A stretch of DNA of 64,000 nucleotides, from assembly GCA_024640255.1 (NCBI GenBank), contig JAHEFI010000047.1, positions 16,689 through 80,688 on the forward strand, given 5' to 3'. Shown in pieces: positions 1-8,762 of this stretch. Each line of letters begins with the position of its first letter. The stretch's first letter is position 1. The position numbers and the translations under genes were made by a program. This DNA comes from Bacteroidota bacterium (GTDB lineage: Bacteria; Bacteroidota; Bacteroidia; Chitinophagales; Chitinophagaceae). Below the pieces are notes generated by a model. That model was not told the DNA's origin and made no database searches. It saw nothing but the letters and a program-made list of their open reading frames with translations.

Positions 1-20
1 TGAATCTCGGCATATTTTTT

Positions 21-68
21 AATCCGCCTTTTTGAGCCTTTAGCTTTAAAGGCGGATTTTTAATTTTT
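21..68 (+). terminator. Stem-loop with U-tract upstream of fabF, probably the partial terminator of an upstream acpP
   Basis: AATCCGCCTTT (21-31) pairs with AAAGGCGGATT (48-58), followed by T-rich sequence. acpP-fabF-rnc is the usual Bacteroidota order, but acpP lies outside the window. Confidence 0.65.
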
Positions 69-81
69 TAAATTTTTATAC

Positions 82-1335
82 ATGCAAACTAAACGCATTG
101 TAGTTACAGGAATCGGAACTTTAAATCCATTAGGCAACAATTTGGAAACTTATTGGAACAATCTAGTGAATGGTGTTTCTGGTGCTGACATGATTACGCT
201 GTTTGATGCATCAAAATTTAAAACAAGATTTGCTTGTGAGATCAAAGGTTTTGATCCGACCGAATTTATGGATCGTAAAGAAGCAAGAAAATTAGACCGC
301 TTTGCACAAATTGCTTTAGTGGCTAGTGATCAAGCGGTGGCAGATGCGGGTATAACAAAAGAGAATGTGGATCATGACAGAGTAGGGGTAATTTTTGCAA
401 GTGGTATTGGTGGTTTGACCACTTTCACAGAAGAAGTAACCAATTATGTGAATGGAGATGGCACGCCAAGATTTAATCCATTCTTTATTCCAAAAATGAT
501 ATTGGATATTGCTGCAGGACAAATTTCAATGAAGCATGGCTTCAGAGGTCCTAACTATGCAGTAGTGAGTGCTTGTGCAAGTAGTACCAATGCAATGGTA
601 TCTGCTATGGATAATTTAAAACTAGGCAAGGCGGATATTATTATCACTGGTGGATCTGAAGCAGTTATTGGAGCTGCTGGTATGGGTGGATTCAATGCAA
701 TGAAAGCCATGAGTGAGCGTAATGACGATCCAAAAACAGCAAGCCGTCCTTATGATAAAGACCGCGATGGTTTTATCATGGGTGAAGCTGCGGGCGTTTT
801 AGTATTAGAAGAATATGAGCACGCAAAAAGACGCGGTGCTAAAATATATTGTGAAGTAGTAGGTGGTGGCGCTACAGCAGATGCATACCATTTAACAGCT
901 CCTCATCCAGAAGGATTAGGTGCAAAAAATGTAATGAATGCAGCTTTAAGAGATGCAGGTATGCAAGCCAATGAAATTGATTATATCAATACCCACGGCA
1001 CTTCTACTCCATTAGGTGACATTGCTGAAGCGAAAGCAATTACTGAAGTATTTGGAGAACACGCTTATAATTTGAATATCAGTTCTACGAAATCTATGAC
1101 AGGACACTGTTTAGGTGCTGCTGGTGTGATTGAAGCCATTGCATGTATTCAGTCTGTAATACATGATATAGTGCCTCCTACAATCAATCATTTCACAGAT
1201 GATCCTGAATTAGATAGTCGCTTGAATTTCACTTTCAACAAGGCCCAAAAGAGAGTGGTGAACGCCGCCTTGAGTAATACCTTTGGTTTTGGTGGTCATA
1301 ATGCTTGTGTGATTGTGAAAAAATTCAAGGATTAA
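82..1335 (+). CDS. fabF: 3-oxoacyl-ACP synthase II
   Basis: RIVVTGIG start, catalytic ACASS Cys, HGTST, KSMTGH and NTFGFGGHN motifs. Confidence 0.97.
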   Translation: MQTKRIVVTGIGTLNPLGNNLETYWNNLVNGVSGADMITLFDASKFKTRFACEIKGFDPTEFMDRKEARKLDRFAQIALVASDQAVADAGITKENVDHDRVGVIFASGIGGLTTFTEEVTNYVNGDGTPRFNPFFIPKMILDIAAGQISMKHGFRGPNYAVVSACASSTNAMVSAMDNLKLGKADIIITGGSEAVIGAAGMGGFNAMKAMSERNDDPKTASRPYDKDRDGFIMGEAAGVLVLEEYEHAKRRGAKIYCEVVGGGATADAYHLTAPHPEGLGAKNVMNAALRDAGMQANEIDYINTHGTSTPLGDIAEAKAITEVFGEHAYNLNISSTKSMTGHCLGAAGVIEAIACIQSVIHDIVPPTINHFTDDPELDSRLNFTFNKAQKRVVNAALSNTFGFGGHNACVIVKKFKD

Positions 1336-1340
1336 TTCTT

Positions 1341-2048
1341 GTGAAGCTTCTAAACAATCTATATTCATTTTTTAGTTCATCAGATTTTGAAAAAAATGTA
1401 TCCATGTTAATTGGATATCGTACGCGTAATTTTGAATTATTCAGAACAGCATTAAATCATCGTTCTGTAAAAGATAGTCCAACCGAAAATAATGAAAGAC
1501 TGGAGTTTTTAGGAGATGCTATTATTGGATCTGTTGTGGCAGAATACCTTTTTAAAAAATATCCCTACAAAGGAGAAGGATTCTTAACCGAGATGAGAAG
1601 CAAGATGGTGAATAGACAACAATTAAACCATATTGCGATTCAAATGGGCTTAAGAAAATTAACTCGTTTTAATAAAATGGATGGTGGTTTAAAAACCAGT
1701 CAAATTTTTGGTAATACTCTAGAAGCATTGGTGGGAGCGATCTATTTAGACAAACAGTATGATTTTACTAAACATTGGATTATTCAAAAAATGATACAGC
1801 CTTATTTGTTCATGGATGAATTAGAGCAAATAGATATCAATATCAAAAACAAAATAATTGGTTGGGCATTGAAACAGGGCAAGCAAATTGATTTTGTTTT
1901 AGCTGAGGAAGTGCAAGAAGGAAGAAGAAAATTATTTACCATTAATGTGGTAATTGATGGGGAAGTGATATCCAGTCAAAAAGGCTTCACCAAAAAAGAT
2001 GCAAGTCAATTAGCCGCACAAAAAGCCATTGAACATTTGGGTTTATAG
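1341..2048 (+). CDS. rnc: Ribonuclease III
   Basis: NERLEFLGDA signature and C-terminal dsRBD. The in-frame GTG at 1341, just after the fabF stop, is preferred over 1305. Confidence 0.95.
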   Translation: MKLLNNLYSFFSSSDFEKNVSMLIGYRTRNFELFRTALNHRSVKDSPTENNERLEFLGDAIIGSVVAEYLFKKYPYKGEGFLTEMRSKMVNRQQLNHIAIQMGLRKLTRFNKMDGGLKTSQIFGNTLEALVGAIYLDKQYDFTKHWIIQKMIQPYLFMDELEQIDINIKNKIIGWALKQGKQIDFVLAEEVQEGRRKLFTINVVIDGEVISSQKGFTKKDASQLAAQKAIEHLGL

Positions 2049-2057
2049 TTGAATTGT

Positions 2058-2462
2058 TTACACAATGGTTTGACAAAGTTCAATCAACACGCCATTACTA
2101 TCTTTAGGATGTACAAAACAAACCAGTTTGTTATCTGCTCCTTTTTTAGGGGATTCATTCAATAGTGTAAATCCTTCTTTTTTCAATCTTTCCATTTCGG
2201 CATGAATATCCGGCACTTCAAAAGCAATATGGTGCATGCCTTCTCCTTTTTTATCAATGTATTTGGCAATCACCCCGTCTGGCTGAGTGCTTTGAACCAG
2301 TTCAATTTTGCCTCCATTTTGAAGAAAAAAAGCAGTTTCTACCTGTTCTGAAGCCACGGTTTCTGTTTTATAACAGCTGCTACCCAATAAACGCTCAAAT
2401 AAGGGAATACTTATTGAAAGGTCTTTCACTGCGATTCCAATATGCTCTACTTTGTAGTCCAT
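2058..2462 (-). CDS. mce: Methylmalonyl-CoA epimerase (VOC fold)
   Basis: EHIGIAV, GEGMHHIAFEV, KGADNKLVCFVHPK and GVLIELCQ motifs. Confidence 0.92.
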   Translation of the reverse strand: MDYKVEHIGIAVKDLSISIPLFERLLGSSCYKTETVASEQVETAFFLQNGGKIELVQSTQPDGVIAKYIDKKGEGMHHIAFEVPDIHAEMERLKKEGFTLLNESPKKGADNKLVCFVHPKDSNGVLIELCQTIV

Positions 2463-2537
2463 GACATTTTGCTTTACGAATTGAGAAAAAAAAGGCTTTA
2501 AACTTATACGAATTCAATAAAATCAAGGGTTTTGAGC

Positions 2538-2545
2538 TATTTTTG
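2538..2545 (+). promoter_or_regulatory. Bacteroidota sigma-A -7 box for iscSUA
   Basis: TATTTTTG matches TAnnTTTG, 26 nt upstream of the iscS ATG. Confidence 0.6.
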
Positions 2546-2571
2546 CTCCCTAGAAAAAATCAAATTCGGAT

Positions 2572-3789
2572 ATGTTAAAATTACCAATTTATCTTGATCA
2601 TAACGCAACTACGCCGATGGATCCAAGAGTATTAGAGGCGATGATCCCTTATTTTACCGAAAACTTCGGTAATGCGGCAAGTAGAAACCATTCTTTTGGA
2701 TGGCATGCAGAAGAGGCAGTGGATTATGCTCGTGAACAAGTAGCTCAATTAATTAACGCAGATCCTAAAGAAATCATCTTTACTTCTGGTGCTACAGAAG
2801 GAGATAACCTTGCTATCAAGGGTGTTTATGAAATGTATGCAAGCAAGGGTAATCATATTATCACTTGTACAACAGAACATAAAGCAGTTTTAGATACTTG
2901 TAAGCATTTAGAAAAATTAGGTGCTGAAGTAACTTATTTAGAAGTTCAACCAGATGGTTTAGTTGATTTAAAACAATTAGAAGCTGCCATGAGACCAACC
3001 ACTATTTTGGTGGCGATCATGTATGCGAATAATGAAATTGGTGTAATCCAACCAATTAAAGAAATCAGTGCAATTGCTAAGAAGCATGGTGCATTGGTAT
3101 TTACTGACGCTGTTCAAGCGGTAGGTAAAATTCCAGTAGACGTCATTGCTGATGGAATTGATATCATGGCTTTTACTGCACATAAAATGTACGGTCCAAA
3201 AGGAGTAGGTGCATTGTATGTAAGAAGAAAAAATCCAAGAGTAAAAGTAACTGCTCAAATGGATGGCGGCGGTCATGAAAGAGGAATGAGAAGTGGTACA
3301 TTGAATGTTCCTGGTATTGTGGGATTTGGTAAAGCTTGTGAGATTGCTAGAACAGATATGGCTGCAGATACTGAGCGTATTGCTAAATTAAGAGACAAAT
3401 TAGAGAATGCTTTAAAGCAAATTGATGAGTCTTATGTAAATGGAAACCCTGCACATCGTTTACCACATGTAAGCAATATCTCTTTCAAATATGTAGAAGG
3501 GGAAGGTTTGATGATGGGCTTTAACCAAAACATCGCTTTATCTTCAGGTTCAGCATGTACTTCAGCTTCTTTAGAACCTAGCTATGTTTTAAAAGCATTA
3601 GGCTTAGGAGATGATTTAGCACACAGTTCATTGAGATTTGGATTAGGAAGATATACAACAGAGGAGCAAATTGATTATACAATCAAAGCTGTAACAGATA
3701 CAGTGTTGAAGTTAAGAGAAATGAGCCCTCTTTGGGAAATGTTCAAAGAAGGTGTGGACATTGATTCAATTCAATGGGCACATCATTAA
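2572..3789 (+). CDS. iscS: Cysteine desulfurase IscS
   Basis: [13 protein letters not shown] lysine in AHKMYGPKG, group I motif SSGSACTS. Confidence 0.96.
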   Translation: MLKLPIYLDHNATTPMDPRVLEAMIPYFTENFGNAASRNHSFGWHAEEAVDYAREQVAQLINADPKEIIFTSGATEGDNLAIKGVYEMYASKGNHIITCTTEHKAVLDTCKHLEKLGAEVTYLEVQPDGLVDLKQLEAAMRPTTILVAIMYANNEIGVIQPIKEISAIAKKHGALVFTDAVQAVGKIPVDVIADGIDIMAFTAHKMYGPKGVGALYVRRKNPRVKVTAQMDGGGHERGMRSGTLNVPGIVGFGKACEIARTDMAADTERIAKLRDKLENALKQIDESYVNGNPAHRLPHVSNISFKYVEGEGLMMGFNQNIALSSGSACTSASLEPSYVLKALGLGDDLAHSSLRFGLGRYTTEEQIDYTIKAVTDTVLKLREMSPLWEMFKEGVDIDSIQWAHH

Positions 3790-3833
3790 TCGTCATTTGA
3801 GTTTAATTTTGGAAATAATTTAAAAATAATTTT

Positions 3834-4250
3834 ATGGCATATTCAGACAAAGTAATCGATCATTATTCTAATCCTAAAAATGTAGGAACATTAGATAAGG
3901 CATCAAAATCAGTTGGTACTGGTTTAGTAGGTGCTCCAGAATGTGGAGACGTAATGCGTTTACAAATTCAAGTAGATGATGCGACTGGTGTAATCACAGA
4001 TGCAAAGTTTAAAACCTTTGGTTGTGGTTCTGCTATTGCAAGTTCTTCTTTAGCTACAGAGTGGTTAAAAGGAAAGACAGTAGACGAGGCAGTGAAAATT
4101 GATAATATGGATTTAGTAGAGGAATTAAATCTACCTCCAGTAAAAATACATTGCTCAGTTTTAGCAGAAGATGCTATCAAATCTGCTATCAACGACTACC
4201 GTAAGAAAAATGGTTTAGAAGAATTGGTGTTTGAGGAAAGAATACATTAA
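3834..4250 (+). CDS. iscU: Fe-S scaffold IscU
   Basis: GAPECGD, FGCGSAIASSS and LPPVKIHC motifs. Confidence 0.96.
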   Translation: MAYSDKVIDHYSNPKNVGTLDKASKSVGTGLVGAPECGDVMRLQIQVDDATGVITDAKFKTFGCGSAIASSSLATEWLKGKTVDEAVKIDNMDLVEELNLPPVKIHCSVLAEDAIKSAINDYRKKNGLEELVFEERIH

Positions 4251-4269
4251 TCTTATAGTTTTTTGATCA

Positions 4270-4623
4270 ATGAGTGAAGTAGCTGAAAATACCATTTTAG
4301 TGAGCGAAAAAGCCAAAGCAAAAATTACCCAATTGATGCAAGAGGCGGATATCGCGAATGACCCTGCTTATTTTTTAAGAGTTGGGGTAGTGGGCGGCGG
4401 CTGCTCGGGCCTTAGTTATAAATTAGATTTTGATAACGAGGTGAAGCCAATGGATCAAGTATTTGAAGACAATGGCGTAAAAGTGGTGACTGATTTGAAG
4501 AGCTTTTTATATTTAGTGAATACTGAATTGGATTTTTCGGATGGGTTGAATGGGAAAGGTTTTTATTTCAACAATCCTAATGCGAGCAGAAGTTGTGGTT
4601 GTGGTGAGAGTTTTTCTGTGTAG
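4270..4623 (+). CDS. iscA: A-type Fe-S carrier (IscA/HesB)
   Basis: GGCSGLSY and CGCGESF motifs. Confidence 0.93.
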   Translation: MSEVAENTILVSEKAKAKITQLMQEADIANDPAYFLRVGVVGGGCSGLSYKLDFDNEVKPMDQVFEDNGVKVVTDLKSFLYLVNTELDFSDGLNGKGFYFNNPNASRSCGCGESFSV

Positions 4624-4632
4624 CTTTGAATT

Positions 4633-7071
4633 ATGTGGGCAATCGCAAGAAAAGAAAGGGCGCATTATTTTGGAAGCATTACAGGCTATTTTATCATTAG
4701 TTTCTATCTACTGGTAAATAGCCTTTTTTTATTTGTACTACCTAAGTTTAATATCTTGGAAGGAGGTTATGCTTCTTTACAAGTATATTTTGATTTTGCA
4801 CCTTGGTTTTTATTACTATTGGTTCCGGCAATTACCATGAGATGTTTTGCAGATGAAGTAGCACAAGGAACAGCAGAAATATTATATAGCCTTCCCTTAA
4901 GCACCCTTGAAATTGTTATGGGAAAATTATTGGGTGTCTGTTGTATCATTTTAATAGCTATTGCACCTACTTTAATTTATGCGGTAGCCTTGGATCAATT
5001 AAGTTCAACAGGTGGCTTGGATTGGGGCGCTACCATTGGATCCTATCTTGGTTTATTATTATTGGCTGCCACTTATGCGGTGGTTGGCTTGTTTGCAAGT
5101 AGTAAAACAAAACAACCTGTTGTTGCATTAATTTTGTCAATTATAATTTCTGCATTTTTTTACAAGGGTTTTGATTGGGCTAGTACGCTACCTATGGTGA
5201 ACAGCAGCTATGGGTATTATATAGGCCAATTAGGCATGTCCGCACATTTTGAAAATTTGAGTAGAGGGGTTATTAGTGGGAATGATGTTATTTATTTTTT
5301 ATCTGTTATTGTATTATTCGTTATTGGTTGTAAAGAGAATATTACTCAACAAAAACAATCTATTTTTCTTTTCGCGATTATTATAGTGATCAATGTACTC
5401 TCCGCTTACTTCCCTTTACAATTAGATCTTACAAAAGATAAAAGGTATACCTTATCAACTAGTAGTAAAGACATATTACATAGTGTTCAAAATCCAATTA
5501 AGATTCATTTATACTTAGGAGGTGATTTACCCATGGAGTATAAAAAGCTTTCTATTGCAACGGAAGAAATTTTACAAAAAATAACTAGTGAGAATAAAGA
5601 TAATATAAGTTGGCAATTAGATATCCCTAGTCAACAATTTTCGGATTCAATATTATATCAAGTTTACGATAGCTTAAGCAGATTAGGACTTCCTATTGAA
5701 AGAGTGCAATCAGACGCTTCCAAAGGCGACCAAAGAATAGATCAATTAATTATACCAGGGGTATTGATTGAAATGCCCGGAAGACCAGCAATTGCTATTG
5801 ATTTGAGAACTGGCAAAAAGTTTTACAAGCCCTATAATATTGTGAAAGATATTCCTGAAGAAGATAAAGAGGCTTCTTTTAATGCGGCTAGTTCTTTATT
5901 GGAATTTAAAATGGTTCAAGGTATTTACTATATTAATAGAACCAATATTCCTACTATTGGCTACTTAATTGGAAATGGAGAACCAATTGATCTTAGCGTA
6001 AATGATTTAGGACAATCTATAAGGCACCAATACAATTTAGTAGTCTTTGATTTGAAAAAAGGATTCCCCAAAGCGAACTTGATTAAAACATTATTGATTG
6101 TAAAACCCACTCAGGCATTTACTGAATTAGATCAACTTAAAATTGATCAATATATAATGAATGGGGGGAATATTATTTGGGCGGTAGATCCATTATTTGC
6201 CGAATATGATAGTTTGCAAAAAACCAGTGGATCATATGTAGCATTTGATAGAAACCTACAAGTGCAAAATTTATTGTTTAGTTACGGAGTGAGAATAAAT
6301 AACCATCTAGTACAAGATTTAAATTGCAGTAAAATACCTGTGGTGACTGGAAAAGATGCTGATGGAAATCCTGTTATACAAAGAATACCTTGGCCCTATT
6401 ATCCATTACTTAATGGAAATGCTTCCCATAAGATGGTAAAAAATATGGATAGAATTTTATCCCAATTCCCCAGTAGTATAGATACCCTTGCTGTAACAGG
6501 TATTCAAAAAACCATTTTATTAAGTACAGATACCAATAGTCGTTTATTAAGTACTCCTGCAATGATTTCTTTAACCAGTGTTAATGGTGATGAAGCTTTG
6601 CAAAGTTTTACAAAAAGTCAAATTCCAGTAGCCGTTCTATTAGAAGGCAAATTTAAATCTCCTTTTGCCAATAGAATAAATGCCGTAATAAAAGATTCCG
6701 TTTTGCAAAACACAGGAAAAGCTTATCTGCAAAAAGGGAATCAATTCTCCAAGCAAGTTGTAATAGCGGATGCCGATATTTTAACCAATAGTATTTCTTC
6801 TTCTGGTCCTTTGCCCATGGGAATGATACCCATGGAAAATTATCAATTTGGTAATAGAACATTTTTTACCAATGCCATTGCTTATTTAAATGAGCCCGAA
6901 GAGTTAATGACCGCAAGAGACAAAGAATGGGTTGTTAGAACTTTAAATAAAGAAAAAGTAAGCACTAATAGATTGTTCTGGCAAATCTTACTCACGGCAG
7001 TTCCATTAATCTTATTGTGGCTTGCCTATTATACTGGGCTAAGAATTAGAAAAGGCCAATTTGCAGCATAG
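4633..7071 (+). CDS. gldF-gldG: Fused gliding-motility ABC permease GldF plus periplasmic GldG
   Basis: The first ~235 aa are GldF-like (MWAIARKE, APW..L.PAITMR, GT.E.L, SRGVI). These are followed in frame by GldG motifs (DLTKDKRYTLS, IGYLIGNGE, KIDQYIMNGG, PWPYYPL, VAVLLEGKF). Confidence 0.85.
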   Translation: MWAIARKERAHYFGSITGYFIISFYLLVNSLFLFVLPKFNILEGGYASLQVYFDFAPWFLLLLVPAITMRCFADEVAQGTAEILYSLPLSTLEIVMGKLLGVCCIILIAIAPTLIYAVALDQLSSTGGLDWGATIGSYLGLLLLAATYAVVGLFASSKTKQPVVALILSIIISAFFYKGFDWASTLPMVNSSYGYYIGQLGMSAHFENLSRGVISGNDVIYFLSVIVLFVIGCKENITQQKQSIFLFAIIIVINVLSAYFPLQLDLTKDKRYTLSTSSKDILHSVQNPIKIHLYLGGDLPMEYKKLSIATEEILQKITSENKDNISWQLDIPSQQFSDSILYQVYDSLSRLGLPIERVQSDASKGDQRIDQLIIPGVLIEMPGRPAIAIDLRTGKKFYKPYNIVKDIPEEDKEASFNAASSLLEFKMVQGIYYINRTNIPTIGYLIGNGEPIDLSVNDLGQSIRHQYNLVVFDLKKGFPKANLIKTLLIVKPTQAFTELDQLKIDQYIMNGGNIIWAVDPLFAEYDSLQKTSGSYVAFDRNLQVQNLLFSYGVRINNHLVQDLNCSKIPVVTGKDADGNPVIQRIPWPYYPLLNGNASHKMVKNMDRILSQFPSSIDTLAVTGIQKTILLSTDTNSRLLSTPAMISLTSVNGDEALQSFTKSQIPVAVLLEGKFKSPFANRINAVIKDSVLQNTGKAYLQKGNQFSKQVVIADADILTNSISSSGPLPMGMIPMENYQFGNRTFFTNAIAYLNEPEELMTARDKEWVVRTLNKEKVSTNRLFWQILLTAVPLILLWLAYYTGLRIRKGQFAA

Positions 7072-7095
7072 CCATTCTTGACTTATCTTTATCCT

Positions 7096-8049
7096 ATGAC
7101 AACAGATCAAATTGTATATAGTGTTTTTGGCGCAGTGATTGCCATCGCCCTTGTTTTGGATTTAGGTTTTTTAAGTAAAAAAAATGCCACTATTTCTATT
7201 AAACAAGCATTAAGACAAACATTTCTTTGGGTGTTGTTAGCACTGGGCTTTTTTATATTTATGTGGATTGAAGAAGGGCAAAAATTAGGACTAGAATTTT
7301 TGAGCGGCTATTTAATGGAATGGAGTTTGAGTATTGACAATATTTTTGTTTTTATTTTAATTTTCGATTCTTTTAAAGTGAAAGAACACCATACTTCAAG
7401 AGTTTTATTAATAGGTATTTTAGCGGCCATTATTTTTAGAGTCATCTTTATCACAGTAGGGGTTGCTTTGGTGGCAAAATTCGCTTGGATCTTATATATT
7501 TTTGGCGTCTTCTTGGTGTATACTGGTGTTAAAATGTATACCGCCAATAGTGATGATCATTTTGATCCGCATGATTCTGCAGTATATAAATTCTTAAAAA
7601 AGTTTCTACCCTTAACCAATTCAGATGGGGAGGGTAAGTTTGTGGTCAAACAAAACGGGAGACCAGTTTACACCAGTTTATTTGTTGTAGTTATTTTATT
7701 AGCAGCGATTGACTTGGTGTTTGCATTGGACTCTATCCCAGCAGTAATGGGCATTTCCAATAGTAGTTTAGTTATTTATACTTCTAATATTTTTGCCATC
7801 TTAGGCTTAAGATCTTTATTCTTCTTATTGAAAGGTGCAGTGAATGAGTTTGAACATTTACAACAAGGTATTGCTATTGTATTAGTATTCATTGGTGTGA
7901 AAATGTTAGGGGAGCATTATATAAATATGGTCTTAGATAAAAATAGTCAAGTGATTTTATCCTTATTGGTGATTGTATTTTGTATCACCGGCTCTATTCT
8001 TTATTCTATTTTTACCAATAAACAAAAGCAAGCAGCAGCAAAAAAATAA
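7096..8049 (+). CDS. TerC/Alx family membrane protein
   Basis: EWSLSIDNIFVF, DLVFALDSIPAV and NIFAILGLRSLFF motifs; ATG at 7096. Confidence 0.93.
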   Translation: MTTDQIVYSVFGAVIAIALVLDLGFLSKKNATISIKQALRQTFLWVLLALGFFIFMWIEEGQKLGLEFLSGYLMEWSLSIDNIFVFILIFDSFKVKEHHTSRVLLIGILAAIIFRVIFITVGVALVAKFAWILYIFGVFLVYTGVKMYTANSDDHFDPHDSAVYKFLKKFLPLTNSDGEGKFVVKQNGRPVYTSLFVVVILLAAIDLVFALDSIPAVMGISNSSLVIYTSNIFAILGLRSLFFLLKGAVNEFEHLQQGIAIVLVFIGVKMLGEHYINMVLDKNSQVILSLLVIVFCITGSILYSIFTNKQKQAAAKK

Positions 8050-8051
8050 TC

Positions 8052-8699
8052 ATGAACGGAAAGAAAGTAACCTTATTTATTCTCTTGATTTTATTCATAG
8101 ATCAAGCAATCAAATTTTATATCAAATTAAATTTTTTCATTGGTGAAGAGCATGCGATGATAGGCTCTTGGGCAAGATTACATTTTATTGAAAACGAAGG
8201 AATGGCTTGGGGTTTAAAATTTGGAGGAGACTGGGGTAAGATTGCTTTAACGCTTTTCAGATTGGTGGCGGTTGTTTGGGGAACATTTTTAATCAAAGGT
8301 TTTATTGAAAGAAAATACCATAATGGATTTATTATTTGCGTTGCATTAATTTATGCTGGTGCAGTGGGTAATTTAATTGATAGTTTATTTTATGGAATGA
8401 TCTTCGAGGCGAGTGTGCCTTATACTACTATGGTGGCTCATCTTTTCCCAGAAGGGGGCGGTTATGCTTCATTTTTACATGGAAGAGTGGTAGACATGTT
8501 TTACTTCCCCATTATTAGAGATGCTCATTTCCCAACATGGTTCCCTATTTGGGGTGGAGAAGAGTTTGAGTTCTTTAGACCGGTCTTCAATTTTGCCGAT
8601 ATGGCCATTAGTACTGGGGTAATTGCCCTATTTGTCTTCCAAAACCGCTTTTTTAAGGAAGAAATACAGGAAAATACCTCTTCTGAACCCCAGCCATAG
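8052..8699 (+). CDS. lspA: Lipoprotein signal peptidase II
   Basis: DQAIK, NEGMAWG, GAVGNLID, VVDM and VFNFAD motifs. Confidence 0.95.
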   Translation: MNGKKVTLFILLILFIDQAIKFYIKLNFFIGEEHAMIGSWARLHFIENEGMAWGLKFGGDWGKIALTLFRLVAVVWGTFLIKGFIERKYHNGFIICVALIYAGAVGNLIDSLFYGMIFEASVPYTTMVAHLFPEGGGYASFLHGRVVDMFYFPIIRDAHFPTWFPIWGGEEFEFFRPVFNFADMAISTGVIALFVFQNRFFKEEIQENTSSEPQP

Positions 8700-8762
8700 G
8701 CTATTTTTTCCAGGCTTATTTCGTACCTTCGTGCCCTAAAAATCAGCTAGGATAAGCCTTTT

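Noticed and set aside
1305-1340. Apparent 31-bp fabF/rnc overlap
   Set aside because: Artefact of taking the most upstream start. GTG at 1341 gives a normal RNase III.
8700-8762. T-box or attenuator ahead of ileS
   Set aside because: Only 63 bp, with no T-box sequence or terminator. It contains just a promoter-like TACCTTCG.
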